Source of the DNA: an uncultured Bacteroidales bacterium
Lineage (GTDB): Bacteria > Bacteroidota > Bacteroidia > Bacteroidales > ML635J-15
NCBI GenBank assembly: GCA_964511665.1
Contig: CAZEHA010000008.1
Coordinates: 15,629 to 79,628, forward strand
Length of the DNA stretch: 64,000 bases
Reading direction: 5' to 3'
Part shown: positions 53,182-62,012 of the stretch, piece after piece
Layout of the letters: the number at the start of each line of letters is the position of its first letter
Position numbering within the stretch: position 1 is the stretch's first letter
The notes under the pieces: generated by a model
What the model saw: the letters and a program-made list of their open reading frames with translations, nothing else
Databases searched by the model: none
Told to the model about the DNA's origin: nothing
Program-made: the position numbers and the translations under genes

Positions 53182-54129
53182 ATGATTCGAACCGGTATTG
53201 TCGGAAGCGAGGTGATGTGCCGAAACTACCTCGATAGCATTAAGGGGGTGGGCGAACTGCGACTCGTTGGTTTTTTCGACCCCGATACCCGGCTCTTACC
53301 CCACACAGAAGCTATGTTCGAAAAGAAGCTGTATGAGGAACCCGATTCGTTGTTGCGCGATGTTGATGCTGTAATAGCACTTTCACCCATGTCGTCGCCC
53401 CAGCATATCGAAACTTTCGTGCGCAGTTCTAAGCATGTTCTTTTTGAACCTACTCATTTTTTCAGCAGGACGGAGGCTAATAACCTGATGAATATGATTG
53501 AAGAAGCCGATGTGAAAGTGCAGCCTAGTTTCGACAAGCGCTACAATATGGTGTTTGGTGCCGTAAAAGGCTTTATTAAAGCACCGAGACTAATTGTTTC
53601 GAATCACTTCACAACCTTTAAAACCAATGCACAAGTATCGGTGCTGATGGATGTACTACTGCACGATATCGACTTGGTACTCAGCTTAGTAAACTCCGAA
53701 ATAAAGTCGGTTTCGGCTACTGCTGTTAGTATCGACCGCAGTCAACCTGATGTTATTAATGCTCGCATCGAGTTCAATAATAAATGTGTGGCTCAGTTTA
53801 ATGCCGGAAGAATAGCCACCGAAAGTAAAAACGAGATACACTTTTATCAAAACAGTGCTTATGTGTTTGCCGATTTGCAGAATCATCAAGCATTCTTGGC
53901 AAAGAAGGCAGGCAATTTGTCGGATGTGGGCTTATTTACCACCCGAAAAGGAGATCTGCTGTGCGATCCTATTCCCATTGGTACCCAAAACGATACATAT
54001 AATAGTGTGAAGGCTTTTGCCAGCGCAATTGTAAAAAACACCAACCCTGAGGTAAATGTTGAATCGATGATGAAAACCTTTACGGTAATTCAAAATATTT
54101 CCGAAAAACTTAAAATCGTTTCACATTGA
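53182..54129 (+). CDS. Gfo/Idh/MocA-family oxidoreductase
   Basis: 315 aa with an N-terminal Rossmann-like region (IRTGIVGSE........) and EKP-like block (HVLFEPT). The family call is moderate. Confidence 0.65.
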   Translation: MIRTGIVGSEVMCRNYLDSIKGVGELRLVGFFDPDTRLLPHTEAMFEKKLYEEPDSLLRDVDAVIALSPMSSPQHIETFVRSSKHVLFEPTHFFSRTEANNLMNMIEEADVKVQPSFDKRYNMVFGAVKGFIKAPRLIVSNHFTTFKTNAQVSVLMDVLLHDIDLVLSLVNSEIKSVSATAVSIDRSQPDVINARIEFNNKCVAQFNAGRIATESKNEIHFYQNSAYVFADLQNHQAFLAKKAGNLSDVGLFTTRKGDLLCDPIPIGTQNDTYNSVKAFASAIVKNTNPEVNVESMMKTFTVIQNISEKLKIVSH

Positions 54130-54216
54130 TTTTTAAATCATTAAATAATTATATTTTTGCCCGCAATATTTCAGCCTTAATGGCGTTGTATTGTTTAAGT
54201 TGAAAACTACGATGGG

Positions 54217-55086
54217 ATGAAGTTACAATACTCGGGTTTTTTGTTGGTCTTACTTCCATTTTTAATGATTTCGTGCGACATTATTAATCCGCCCGAGCAA
54301 ATACCTTCGTATGTCGCTGCCGATTCTGCCATATTGCAGACCAATACAGCCACTCAAGGTAGCAATGCGCACTATATATCCGATGCATGGTTATATGTTG
54401 ACAAAGAATTGATTGGTGTTTTCGAAATGCCATTTAGTGTTCCGGTATTGGCAGCCGGAGCCCAATCAATTGAGGTTCAGGCCGGCATTAAGAAAAACGG
54501 TGTTGCAGCCAGCCGGGTAGTGTATCCTTATTTCACAAAATATAAACTCGACACGGTTCTCACTGAAGCACAAATACTCAAAATTACACCCCGTTTTAGC
54601 TACAACGAGAATGTAACATTTGCCCTTATCGAAGATTTCGAAGATTTGGGAATTGCTTTTGAGGTAAGCAACCAAAGCGACACCAATATTACTATTGTGG
54701 GTGATGAACAGGCATATCAGGGTAATTCGATGCATTTTGCTCTCGACTCGGTGCGCAGTGTGTTCGAAGCCCGCACTACTGAATTGTACGAGTTGCCTTA
54801 TAACCGTCAGGTTTATCTCGAAATGTGTTTTAAAACTACCGATTACGTTACATTTGGAATGTTTGCCCGCAAATACAGTGGTGGTGCCGAAGTTGAGGTT
54901 CGCATTCCCATTATCACCCTGAATCCTACCGATAGGTGGAAAACTATTTATGTAAGCCTTACCGAAACTATTAATTCGAACCCTTCTGCTTACGATTTTC
55001 GGTTGTATTTTACATGTGCGCGATCAGCAGATCAAGAAAACGAAATCACCGAAGTTTTTATCGATAATATAAAACTATTGTATTAA
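54217..55086 (+). CDS. hypothetical lipoprotein
   Basis: 289 aa with a lipoprotein signal (LLPFLMISC). The C-terminal half has a beta-sandwich/CBM-like feel (ends FIDNIKLLY). The stop lies 1 nt before the sugar transferase start. Confidence 0.6.
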   Translation: MKLQYSGFLLVLLPFLMISCDIINPPEQIPSYVAADSAILQTNTATQGSNAHYISDAWLYVDKELIGVFEMPFSVPVLAAGAQSIEVQAGIKKNGVAASRVVYPYFTKYKLDTVLTEAQILKITPRFSYNENVTFALIEDFEDLGIAFEVSNQSDTNITIVGDEQAYQGNSMHFALDSVRSVFEARTTELYELPYNRQVYLEMCFKTTDYVTFGMFARKYSGGAEVEVRIPIITLNPTDRWKTIYVSLTETINSNPSAYDFRLYFTCARSADQENEITEVFIDNIKLLY

Positions 55087-55087
55087 T

Positions 55088-56503
55088 ATGAACCGCTCGA
55101 TACAACGAATTAAATATTTGTTCTTCGATTTTATCGCGGCGGCATTGTCGTATTATCTGCTCTATATGTTTCGCAAAAAATATATCGAGCCCGAAACATT
55201 TGGGTATAACATCCCCATAGAACTCAGTCAACAGTTTTTGCTTGGAATGATGCTTATACCGTTTTTCTGGTTGTTGCTGCATTTGCTTAGCGGATATTAT
55301 CGAAATCCATTGCGAAAATCGAGACTTCACGAATTGGGGCAGACATTTTTTACCACACTCATAGGAGTTGTTATATTGTTTTTTGCTGTGTTACTCGACG
55401 ACTGGGTAGCTTCTTACAAGCATTATTACAGTATTTTTCTCACATATCTGGGTTTGCAGTTTGTAACTACCTATTTGCCGCGTTTGTTCATTACGTCTAT
55501 TACCAATCATAGAATTCATACCCGCAAGTTGGGTTTCAATACGCTGATGGTTGGATCGAATAGAAAGGCTTTGGCTTTGTTTAACGAAGTCGAAAATCAA
55601 GAGGTTTCTTCGGGGTTTCAGTTTGTGGGTTTTGTGAATGTTGATGATAAAGAAAAATTATTGTTAACAAAACATTTAGCCCATTTGGGATCGGTAAAAG
55701 ACATTCGACAGGTGATAGCCGACCATAAAATTGAAGAGGTGGTGATAGCACTTGAATCGCGAGAACACTGTACCATCAAAAACATCATTAACCAGTTAGT
55801 AGGTCTAAAGGTGGAGGTAAAGGTTTTGCCTGATATGTACGATATACTCATCGGTAAGGTTCGGATGACAGCCATTTTAGGGGTGCCATTGGTACAGATT
55901 CATCACAACTTGATGCCGGTGTGGCAACAACATGCCAAGCGATTGATAGATGTGTTTTTTAGTTGTATTGCACTAATTATATTATCTCCTTTGTATCTGT
56001 TTATTTCGATAGGAGTAAAACTATCGTCGCCCGGGCCGGTGTTTTACAGTCACGAGCGCATTGGTCGCAAGGGGAAGCCATTTACCATATATAAATTCAG
56101 ATCGATGGTGCAGGACGCCGAAATCAATGGCCCTAAATTAAGCAACAAGAGCGATAATAGAGTAACCAATTTTGGCCGGTTTATGCGCAAAACACGCCTC
56201 GACGAGTTGCCTCAATTCTTTAATGTGCTTAAAGGCGACATGTCGCTGGTTGGTCCACGTCCCGAACGTCAGTTCTTTATCGACCAGATTGTGCTTATTG
56301 CACCTCATTATCGGCATCTGCTTAATGTGCGCCCCGGCATTACATCATGGGGGCAGGTTAAATATGGTTACGCTGAAAATGTGAACCAAATGGTGGAGCG
56401 ACTTAAATATGATATTATCTACATCGAAAACATGTCGCTTTTTGTTGATTTCAAGATTATGATTTATACCGTGAAGATTATTTTTCAGGGTAAAGGAATC
56501 TGA
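55088..56503 (+). CDS. polyprenyl-phosphate sugar phosphotransferase (WbaP/EpsL-type initiating transferase)
   Basis: 471 aa with N-terminal TM segments and a C-terminal bacterial sugar transferase domain (KR..D.......L...SP.........KL.S.GPV.Y...RIG..GK.F..YKFRSM...AE..G......D.R.T..G...R...LDELPQ..NVL.GDMSLVGPRP). Confidence 0.93.
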   Translation: MNRSIQRIKYLFFDFIAAALSYYLLYMFRKKYIEPETFGYNIPIELSQQFLLGMMLIPFFWLLLHLLSGYYRNPLRKSRLHELGQTFFTTLIGVVILFFAVLLDDWVASYKHYYSIFLTYLGLQFVTTYLPRLFITSITNHRIHTRKLGFNTLMVGSNRKALALFNEVENQEVSSGFQFVGFVNVDDKEKLLLTKHLAHLGSVKDIRQVIADHKIEEVVIALESREHCTIKNIINQLVGLKVEVKVLPDMYDILIGKVRMTAILGVPLVQIHHNLMPVWQQHAKRLIDVFFSCIALIILSPLYLFISIGVKLSSPGPVFYSHERIGRKGKPFTIYKFRSMVQDAEINGPKLSNKSDNRVTNFGRFMRKTRLDELPQFFNVLKGDMSLVGPRPERQFFIDQIVLIAPHYRHLLNVRPGITSWGQVKYGYAENVNQMVERLKYDIIYIENMSLFVDFKIMIYTVKIIFQGKGI

Positions 56504-56654
56504 TTCATGCAGGCGCATTGAATTCCTATTGTTCTGCTACCACTATTCTAAATGTTTTTAATAGACTAAGACCTGTTGGTTATAAACCGATTTTGTAATT
56601 CTGCAAGACTATTTTCGAACGATTGAATTAATTCACAACAATGCAAAGTATTTC

Positions 56655-56685
56655 TTTTGCAATTAAAAAAAACTGCTTATATTTG
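56655..56685 (+). promoter_or_regulatory. candidate Bacteroidetes sigma-A promoter for the HU gene (TTTG -33, TATATTTG -7)
   Basis: TTTG at 56656-56659 and TAnnTTTG at 56678-56685 (18 nt spacer), ~50 nt upstream of the ATG. Confidence 0.4.
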
Positions 56686-56737
56686 CACCTCTTAAATGGA
56701 ATGTTCTAATAATAAACATTTTAAATAATATTTAACG

Positions 56738-57019
56738 ATGACAAAGTCTGATATTGTAAACGAAATTTCGAAAAGCACGGGAATTGAGAAGCAAATGGTT
56801 CAAGAAACCGTTGAGGCATTTATGGAGAGCCTGAAGAAATCTCTGGTAAAAGGGAAAAATGTATATCTGAGAGGATTTGGAAGTTTTATTATCAAGCAAA
56901 GAGCCGAGAAAACTGCCAGAAATATTTCGAAAAATACCACCATTACTATTCCGGCACATAAAGTACCTGCTTTTAAGCCTTCGAAGACTTTTGTAAATCA
57001 AGTTATGGAAAACAACTAA
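56738..57019 (+). CDS. hup: HU-family DNA-binding protein
   Basis: 93 aa, MTK.DIV.EI....G......Q..VE.F........L..G..V.LRGFGSF..K.RA.K.ARNI..N....IPA...P.FKP.K. Confidence 0.95.
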   Translation: MTKSDIVNEISKSTGIEKQMVQETVEAFMESLKKSLVKGKNVYLRGFGSFIIKQRAEKTARNISKNTTITIPAHKVPAFKPSKTFVNQVMENN

Positions 57020-57030
57020 AATATTGAGCC

Positions 57031-57123
57031 ATGCCTAGCGGAAAAAAACGTAAACGACATAAAATGTCGACCCACAAAAGGAAAAAACGCCTGCGTAAGA
57101 ATCGTCACAAAAAGAAAAAATAA
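57031..57123 (+). CDS. 30-codon hyperbasic micro-ORF, candidate bS22-like (AURKAIP1/COX24-type) small ribosomal protein
   Basis: ATG 57031 to TAA 57121-57123, encoding MPSGKKRKRHKMSTHKRKKRLRKNRHKKKK (20 of 30 residues are K/R). It starts 11 nt after the HU stop and is followed by a 14 bp terminator hairpin. Not in the ORF track because it is under 60 aa. Confidence 0.6.
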   Translation: MPSGKKRKRHKMSTHKRKKRLRKNRHKKKK

Positions 57124-57145
57124 GATTTTAAGTTAAGGTCTTTGC

Positions 57146-57183
57146 ATCAAACCTTTAGGCAAACCCTAAAGGTTTGATTTGTT
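57146..57183 (+). terminator. strong Rho-independent terminator after the HU/micro-ORF unit
   Basis: ATCAAACCTTTAGG-CAAAC-CCTAAAGGTTTGAT: perfect 14 bp stem with a 5 nt loop, followed by TTGTT. Confidence 0.85.
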
Positions 57184-57201
57184 ACATGAAATTTTTATCA
57201 G

Positions 57202-58773
57202 GTGGAAAAACTAAATGATACACTCAAGAACGAGCTATATATCGATGTAAGACCATCAGAAATTACTTTTGCCCTTCTCGAAAACAAGCAACTTGTAGAG
57301 CTGAATCGCGAGGTACATAATACGCGGTTTTCGGTTGGCGACATCTATTTGGGTAAAGTAAAACGTATTATGCCCGGATTAAATGCTGCATTTGTTGATG
57401 TTGGCTACGAAAAAGACGCTTTCTTGCACTACCTCGACCTGGGTCCACAGTTTCTTACTTTCAATAAGTTTTTACAACAGGCTCTGCAAAAAAAACAGCG
57501 ACGTATTCACATGGCGTCGTTTGAACCAGAGCCCGAAATTAATAAAAACGGTAAAATTGGTGATGTATTGACCTCAGGCCAGTTTATTCTGGTGCAGATA
57601 GCCAAAGAACCCATTTCGTCGAAAGGTCCGCGCTTAAGTGCCGAAATATCTATTGCAGGTCGCAATATGGTACTGATGCCTTTTTCTGACCGCATATCGG
57701 TGAGCCAAAAAATTAAGTCGAACGAAGAAAAGAAACGACTTAAGCAATTGGTGCAAAGCATTTCACCCAAAAACTACGGTGTTATTGTGCGTACTATTGC
57801 CGAGACAAAAAAGGTAGCTACTCTCGATAGGGAACTAAGTGGTTTGGTGCAGCGCTGGGAAAGCATTATAAATAAAATTGTTGGAGTGAAACCTCCTGCT
57901 TTGCTTATAGGCGAAGACGATCGTACAACAGTTATTCTGCGTGATATTCTGAATGCTTCTTTTCACCAGATAGTGGTAAATGATACCACTGCTTACGAAG
58001 AAATAAAAAATTTTATCGCAGAAATTGCCCCCGAAAAGCAAAAAATAGTTAAGCTCTACAACGAAAAACCTCCAATTTTCGACTTTTACGGCATCGAGAA
58101 ACAAATAAAGTCGCTGTTCGGGAAAACTGTTGCTATTAAAAATGGATCTTACCTTATTATTGAACACACCGAGGCAGCTCATGTGATTGATGTGAACAGT
58201 GGCAACCGCCATAACAACGAGCAAAATCAGGAGCACAATGCTACCGAAGTAAATATTGCTGCGGCCGAAGAAATTGCGCGCCAATTGAGGTTACGCGATA
58301 TGGGCGGAATTATTGTTATCGATTTTATCGATATGCACGACAATCAGAACAAACAAAAGCTTGTCGAAAAAATGAGAGAGTGCATGGCCAACGACAGGGC
58401 TAAGTTTCACATTTTACCCTTGAGCAAATTCTGTCTCATGGAAATAACTCGGCAACGTGTGCGACCCGAAATGTATATTAAAACGGCTGAAACTTGCCCA
58501 ACCTGCTCGGGAACCGGAAAAATTGAAGCTAGTTTACTGCTTGTCGACGAAATTGAAAACAACTTGAACTTTATTCTTAAAAAATATAGTTTTTCAACCA
58601 TTACCATAAAAACGCATCCCTTTGTTGAAGCCTATCTCAATAAAGGTTTTTGGTCGATTCGGCGTAAATGGCGTAAACAATACAAACAGAAATTGGTTAT
58701 TCTCCCCATGCAAGAATATACCTATAAGGAGTACCACTTTTTTAATGAATTCGACGAAGAAATCATTTACTAA
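57202..58773 (+). CDS. rng: Rne/Rng-family ribonuclease (RNase G-like)
   Basis: 523 aa with a GTG start. S1 domain (GDIYLGKV.R..PGLNAAFVD.G..KDAFLH), catalytic core (IDVNSG....; GGIIVIDFIDM) and CPxCxGxG zinc-link (CPTCSGTG). Confidence 0.93.
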   Translation: MEKLNDTLKNELYIDVRPSEITFALLENKQLVELNREVHNTRFSVGDIYLGKVKRIMPGLNAAFVDVGYEKDAFLHYLDLGPQFLTFNKFLQQALQKKQRRIHMASFEPEPEINKNGKIGDVLTSGQFILVQIAKEPISSKGPRLSAEISIAGRNMVLMPFSDRISVSQKIKSNEEKKRLKQLVQSISPKNYGVIVRTIAETKKVATLDRELSGLVQRWESIINKIVGVKPPALLIGEDDRTTVILRDILNASFHQIVVNDTTAYEEIKNFIAEIAPEKQKIVKLYNEKPPIFDFYGIEKQIKSLFGKTVAIKNGSYLIIEHTEAAHVIDVNSGNRHNNEQNQEHNATEVNIAAAEEIARQLRLRDMGGIIVIDFIDMHDNQNKQKLVEKMRECMANDRAKFHILPLSKFCLMEITRQRVRPEMYIKTAETCPTCSGTGKIEASLLLVDEIENNLNFILKKYSFSTITIKTHPFVEAYLNKGFWSIRRKWRKQYKQKLVILPMQEYTYKEYHFFNEFDEEIIY

Positions 58774-58788
58774 CATATCTGCCTTTTT

Positions 58789-60822
58789 ATGAAGTTTCTG
58801 AAAATATTTGCTATTGCCCTGTTAAGCCTCCTTACAGTGCAACAGGCCATAGCTCAGATTAGTGAACCGGTGAAATGGAGGTTCTCGGTTGAAAGTATTT
58901 CCGAAACCGAAGTCGATTTGGTTATGAATGCATCTATCGACGATGCATGGCATTTATACTCGCAATATTTTCCAAACGGTGGTCCCATTCCCATGAGTTT
59001 TTCGTTTGAAGCCACCGATAATTACGAAATCGTTGACAGCGTTTTAGAGATTTCGAAAACCTATGAAGAGTACGATGATATTTTCGAAATAAACACCAAA
59101 TACTTTAAAAAGGAAGCTGTTTTTAAGCAACGTATTAAAGTATTAAATGAGTCCCCGTTTGTAATATATGGCTATCTCGACGGTCAGGCCTGTCAAGACG
59201 ATGGTATGTGTGTGCCTGTAAAGGCCGATATGGCTTTCGGAATAAACGGTGCCGACCCCTCAAAGATAGAAACTGCAGTAGCCCCTTCGGGCGACTTACC
59301 TCCTACACCACAAATTGTTGCCGAAAACGAATATAAAAATGCCGAAAAAAAGGAACATCTTTTTTGGTTCTTCCTGCTTTCGTTTGTTGCAGGTTTATTA
59401 GCCATACTTACACCCTGTGTGTTCCCAATGATACCGATGACGATTTCTTTTTTCATGAAGGAAGACAATAAGCTTAAAGCACGATTCAATGCCTTTGCTT
59501 TTGGCATTAGTATAATACTTATTTACACGCTAATCGGTTCTGTGCTTGCTATTATTTTTGGTCCATCTATCGCAAACTGGTTGAGTACCCACTGGATTCC
59601 CAATGTGCTGTTCTTTTTAATTTTTATGATTTTTGCTGCCTCGTTCTTTGGCGCATTCGAAATTGTGATGCCTTCGTGGTTGGTAAATAAATCCGATTCA
59701 AAGGCCGATAGGGGTGGAGTGCTTGGCGCTTTTTTTATGGCTCTTACTTTGGTGCTGGTGTCGTTTTCGTGCACAGGTCCTATTGTCGGGAGTATTTTGG
59801 TTGAGTCGTTCGGTGGCGATATACTAAAGCCTATCATTGGAATGCTTGGCTTCTCACTTGCATTTGCTTTGCCTTTTTCGGTGCTTGCATTGTTTCCTAA
59901 CTGGCTGAAGAATATGCCCAAATCGGGTGGCTGGTTAAACACCGTAAAGGTAGTGCTGGGTTTTGTCGAAGTGGCCTTGGGTTTCAAATTCCTGAGTGTG
60001 GCCGATCAGACCTATCATTGGGGCTTGCTCGATCGACAGGTGTATCTGGCAATTTGGATTGTAACCTTTGCGCTGATGGGATTTTATTTACTCGGGAAAC
60101 TGCGTTTTAAGCACGATGATGAAGTGAAATATATTAGTACCGGTCGCCTTAGCCTCGCAATGCTGACTTTTGTTTTTGTTCTGTATATGATACCGGGCAT
60201 GTGGGGAGCACCGCTTAAAGCCTTATCGGGATATCTGCCGCCCATTACCACCCACTATTTCGATATACCCCAGATTATTGCCGATAACAACCAAATGATG
60301 CTTAAGAAAATGGGTATAGAAGATACCAACGAAAGTTGCATGGAACCCAAATATAAAGAGAAGTTGCATCTGCCCTTCGGTTTACAGGGCTACTTCGACT
60401 GGCATCAGGCTTTTGAATGTGCAAAATTGCAAAACAAACCAATTTTTATCGACTTCACCGGGCATGGTTGCGTCAACTGTAGAGAAATGGAAACTGCGGT
60501 GTGGAGCGACCTCAGGGTGCTCGACCACCTGCGCAACAACTATATTATTCTGGCCATGTATGTCGACGATAAAACAATTCAACTGCCCGAAGAAGAATGG
60601 TTCGTTTCTAAAAACGACGGTAAGGTGAAAAAATCGCTGGGCGAAGCCAATGCCGATATTCAAATTGTGAACTTCGATAGAAACTCGCAGCCTTACTATG
60701 TGCTGATTTCTCCCGATGGAGTAGTGCTGGCTCAGCCACGTGCCTACGATAAAAACACCGACGAATTTGTAAAATTTCTGGAGCAAGGTCTCGAAAAGTT
60801 TAGGGAACTGCAGGAGAATTGA
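58789..60822 (+). CDS. dsbD: thiol:disulfide interchange protein DsbD (N-terminal domain, CcdA-type membrane core, C-terminal thioredoxin domain)
   Basis: 677 aa with TPCVFPMIP and SCTGP membrane-core Cys motifs, plus a C-terminal thioredoxin CxxC (GHGCVNC). Confidence 0.92.
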   Translation: MKFLKIFAIALLSLLTVQQAIAQISEPVKWRFSVESISETEVDLVMNASIDDAWHLYSQYFPNGGPIPMSFSFEATDNYEIVDSVLEISKTYEEYDDIFEINTKYFKKEAVFKQRIKVLNESPFVIYGYLDGQACQDDGMCVPVKADMAFGINGADPSKIETAVAPSGDLPPTPQIVAENEYKNAEKKEHLFWFFLLSFVAGLLAILTPCVFPMIPMTISFFMKEDNKLKARFNAFAFGISIILIYTLIGSVLAIIFGPSIANWLSTHWIPNVLFFLIFMIFAASFFGAFEIVMPSWLVNKSDSKADRGGVLGAFFMALTLVLVSFSCTGPIVGSILVESFGGDILKPIIGMLGFSLAFALPFSVLALFPNWLKNMPKSGGWLNTVKVVLGFVEVALGFKFLSVADQTYHWGLLDRQVYLAIWIVTFALMGFYLLGKLRFKHDDEVKYISTGRLSLAMLTFVFVLYMIPGMWGAPLKALSGYLPPITTHYFDIPQIIADNNQMMLKKMGIEDTNESCMEPKYKEKLHLPFGLQGYFDWHQAFECAKLQNKPIFIDFTGHGCVNCREMETAVWSDLRVLDHLRNNYIILAMYVDDKTIQLPEEEWFVSKNDGKVKKSLGEANADIQIVNFDRNSQPYYVLISPDGVVLAQPRAYDKNTDEFVKFLEQGLEKFRELQEN

Positions 60823-60823
60823 T

Positions 60824-60933
60824 GACGAATTTATTAAACATGTACAATACAAAATTAACAGAAGACCAAGAAAGAACCTAGGATTTGAGACACCTAAAGA
60901 TGTTTTCTTTAAATCTGTCGCATTTGCTTGTTG
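60824..60933 (+). pseudogene. IS30-family transposase C-terminal remnant (last ~36 codons only)
   Basis: The frame starting right after the dsbD stop reads DEFIKHVQYKINRRPRKNLGFETPKDVFFKSVAFAC*. INxRPRKxLGFxTPxxVF is the conserved C-terminal block of IS30 transposases. There is no upstream catalytic region or start codon. Confidence 0.7.
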
Positions 60934-61000
60934 AATTTACGATTGAATTATTTAATAAAAAAAGTGGTGCATCAATTATTAAAACAATTATTTTTGCGTT

Positions 61001-61372
61001 ATGAACAACAGAGGACGAGTTTATAGCGTAGCAATGTTGCTGATAATTTATTGTTTTGCAATAAGTTATGTTAGCTTGTCGTTCGGTACTCTCTATGCTC
61101 GTGCTAATGCGGAACAGAAACATACTGCGTATTTTTCTGATGTCTCTTCAAATTTTTCGTATCATACCACTCAATCGATAACTGCTGTTTATAGTTTTAG
61201 CAACATTCCTGTTCCGGTTTTCAAAATTCAATGGGTTGATTTTTACACATCTGCTACTATTTATGAGCTAATATTTGAATCGAAACTTTTTCAATACATT
61301 AAATGCTCAAAGAGTATCCCTATTGATAGAAGCAATACCGATATCATTTTCCCCTTTCATTATTTTTGGTGA
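61001..61372 (+). CDS. hypothetical membrane-anchored protein
   Basis: 123 aa ORF in an AT-rich stretch with one N-terminal TM segment (YSVAMLLIIYCFAISYVSLSF). No recognisable family; coding status is uncertain. Confidence 0.35.
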   Translation: MNNRGRVYSVAMLLIIYCFAISYVSLSFGTLYARANAEQKHTAYFSDVSSNFSYHTTQSITAVYSFSNIPVPVFKIQWVDFYTSATIYELIFESKLFQYIKCSKSIPIDRSNTDIIFPFHYFW

Positions 61373-61480
61373 TTCTTTTGTTTGAGTTATTGTTGTAAAC
61401 TATTAGAGTTAAGTCATCATGGCTTTTAATGCCTATTTATAGGTAGTTTAATTATCGAACAAACTTAAAGCAAAGAAAAA

Positions 61481-61978
61481 ATGGATTTGGCAAGTAGCAT
61501 TATTGGGGCTATTATTTTAGCCATTTGTATAGCGCCATTTATTATAATGAGCACGAACAGAAAAAAGAGAGAACGAAAAGCATTGAAAACCTTACAGAAA
61601 ATTGCACAGCAGCACGATTGCGAAATCACAAATTATGAAATTGGCGACGACTTTGTGATTGGCATTGATGAGCCTAAACGAATTGTTTTTTTTAACAAAA
61701 AGCTTAAAGAAACTGTTTTTGAGCAACACATTAAGCTTGCCGACGTGCAAGCTTGTAAGATAAAGAACATATCTAGAACAGTTTCTAATCAAAATGGCAA
61801 TTACAATGTGGTTGAAGAACTCGACCTCTGTTTTGTCCCCATTGAAAAAGGCAAGAAAGAGGTTTTGTTGGAGTTTTATAATGCCGAAAACAGTACACAG
61901 CTATCGGGAGAACTGCAAGCGATTGAGAAATGGCAGAGTATTATTAATGCCTGCATGGGTAATAAAAAAAATAGATAA
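61481..61978 (+). CDS. hypothetical membrane-anchored protein
   Basis: 165 aa with an N-terminal TM segment (IIGAIILAICIAPFIIM), a basic stop-transfer (NRKKRERK) and a ~120 aa soluble domain. No recognisable family. Confidence 0.5.
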   Translation: MDLASSIIGAIILAICIAPFIIMSTNRKKRERKALKTLQKIAQQHDCEITNYEIGDDFVIGIDEPKRIVFFNKKLKETVFEQHIKLADVQACKIKNISRTVSNQNGNYNVVEELDLCFVPIEKGKKEVLLEFYNAENSTQLSGELQAIEKWQSIINACMGNKKNR

Positions 61979-62012
61979 AACCGGGAGTACATAGATGCTT
62001 TAAATTTATGTA

